Positions 61,665-61,797 of a stretch of 61,797 nt of DNA are shown piece by piece. Source of the DNA: an uncultured Acidimicrobiia bacterium (GTDB lineage Bacteria > Actinomycetota > Acidimicrobiia > Spongiisociales > JAENVV01). The notes under the pieces were generated by a model. The model did not search any database. It worked only from the letters and a program-made list of their open reading frames with translations, and was not told the DNA's origin. The position numbers and the translations under genes were made by a program. The stretch is from the NCBI GenBank assembly GCA_964614585.1, contig CAZTLW010000002.1:1-61797 (forward strand), written 5' to 3'. Positions within the stretch are counted from its first letter, which is position 1; every line of letters starts with the position of its first letter.

Positions 61665-61797
61665 TCAGCAGCAGGCCGGTTCGGTGTGTGCCTGCGGCTC
61701 GGTGGCCGGGCTGTCGCCGAGCACCGTGTACCACTCCCACTCGAGACCGTCGGGGTCGGTGGCGTAGACCTTGTCCTGGACGGCGTGGCAGCAGTCG
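61665..61797 (-). CDS. ArsI/CadI-like glyoxalase-fold metalloenzyme, C-terminal fragment (runs off the window)
   Basis: My own translation is ..DCCHAVQDKVYATDPDGLEWEWYTVLGDSPATEPQAHTEPACC*. The pattern CC..QDK...DPDG..WE.Y plus terminal Cys residues resembles CadI/ArsI. Confidence 0.5.
   Translation of the reverse strand, partial: DCCHAVQDKVYATDPDGLEWEWYTVLGDSPATEPQAHTEPACC

Noticed and set aside
1-61797. Search for rRNA, tRNA, tmRNA, transposases, integrases, toxin-antitoxin pairs or known defence systems (RM, Abi, CBASS, retron-like)
   Set aside because: No intergenic region longer than about 70 nt shows a cloverleaf-like arrangement. No ORF shows DDE, tyrosine/serine recombinase, nuclease-helicase or cyclase-effector defence architecture. 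The STAND-like cyclase protein looks like the housekeeping mycobacterial signalling family rather than an Avs-type defence protein, because it has no nuclease or effector domain. I cannot exclude small ncRNAs without covariance-model searches.

Overview
This is a very GC-rich chromosomal segment with a strong G/C bias at third codon positions, from an actinobacterium (Actinomycetota). I cannot place it more precisely without a database search. I support about 70 protein genes. Most lie on the minus strand in long, tightly packed operons, and many adjacent genes share 4-nt GTGA/ATGA stop/start overlaps. The content is core housekeeping, in two blocks whose gene order mirrors M. tuberculosis. 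Block 1 (1292-14317) resembles Rv1692-Rv1712: an aroA-cmk fusion, rluB, scpB, scpA, a NUDIX gene, pyrG, recN, nadK, tlyA and a HAD phosphatase. Block 2 (18293-33733) resembles Rv2092c-Rv2118c and is a complete Pup-proteasome locus: trmI, arc/mpa, dop, pup, prcB, prcA, pafA, pafB, pafC, tatA, tatC and helY. The remainder holds lipid/CoA metabolism genes, hup, a run of uncharacterised membrane proteins, tandem flavodoxin-like genes, tsaC, a large zinc-ribbon/cyclase/AAA/TPR signalling protein, zwf, a second surE coupled to a PfkB kinase, and a roughly 1400-aa P-type ATPase. I found no rRNA, tRNA, CRISPR array, transposase, integrase or recognisable defence system, so this does not look like an accessory island. 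The observations I think most deserve a second look are listed here.
- GTACTCR heptamer arrays sit next to perfect GC hairpins at three sites.
- A ~70-bp tandem repeat lies directly upstream of ispH.
- Four non-canonical genes are inserted in the Pup-proteasome locus.
- The giant P-type ATPase carries a degenerate, catalytically dead-looking ATPase module at its N-terminus.
- aroA and cmk are fused in frame.
- A DUF4193-like gene carries a 12-bp repeat expansion.
All functional calls rest on motifs I recognise by eye. No searches were run.
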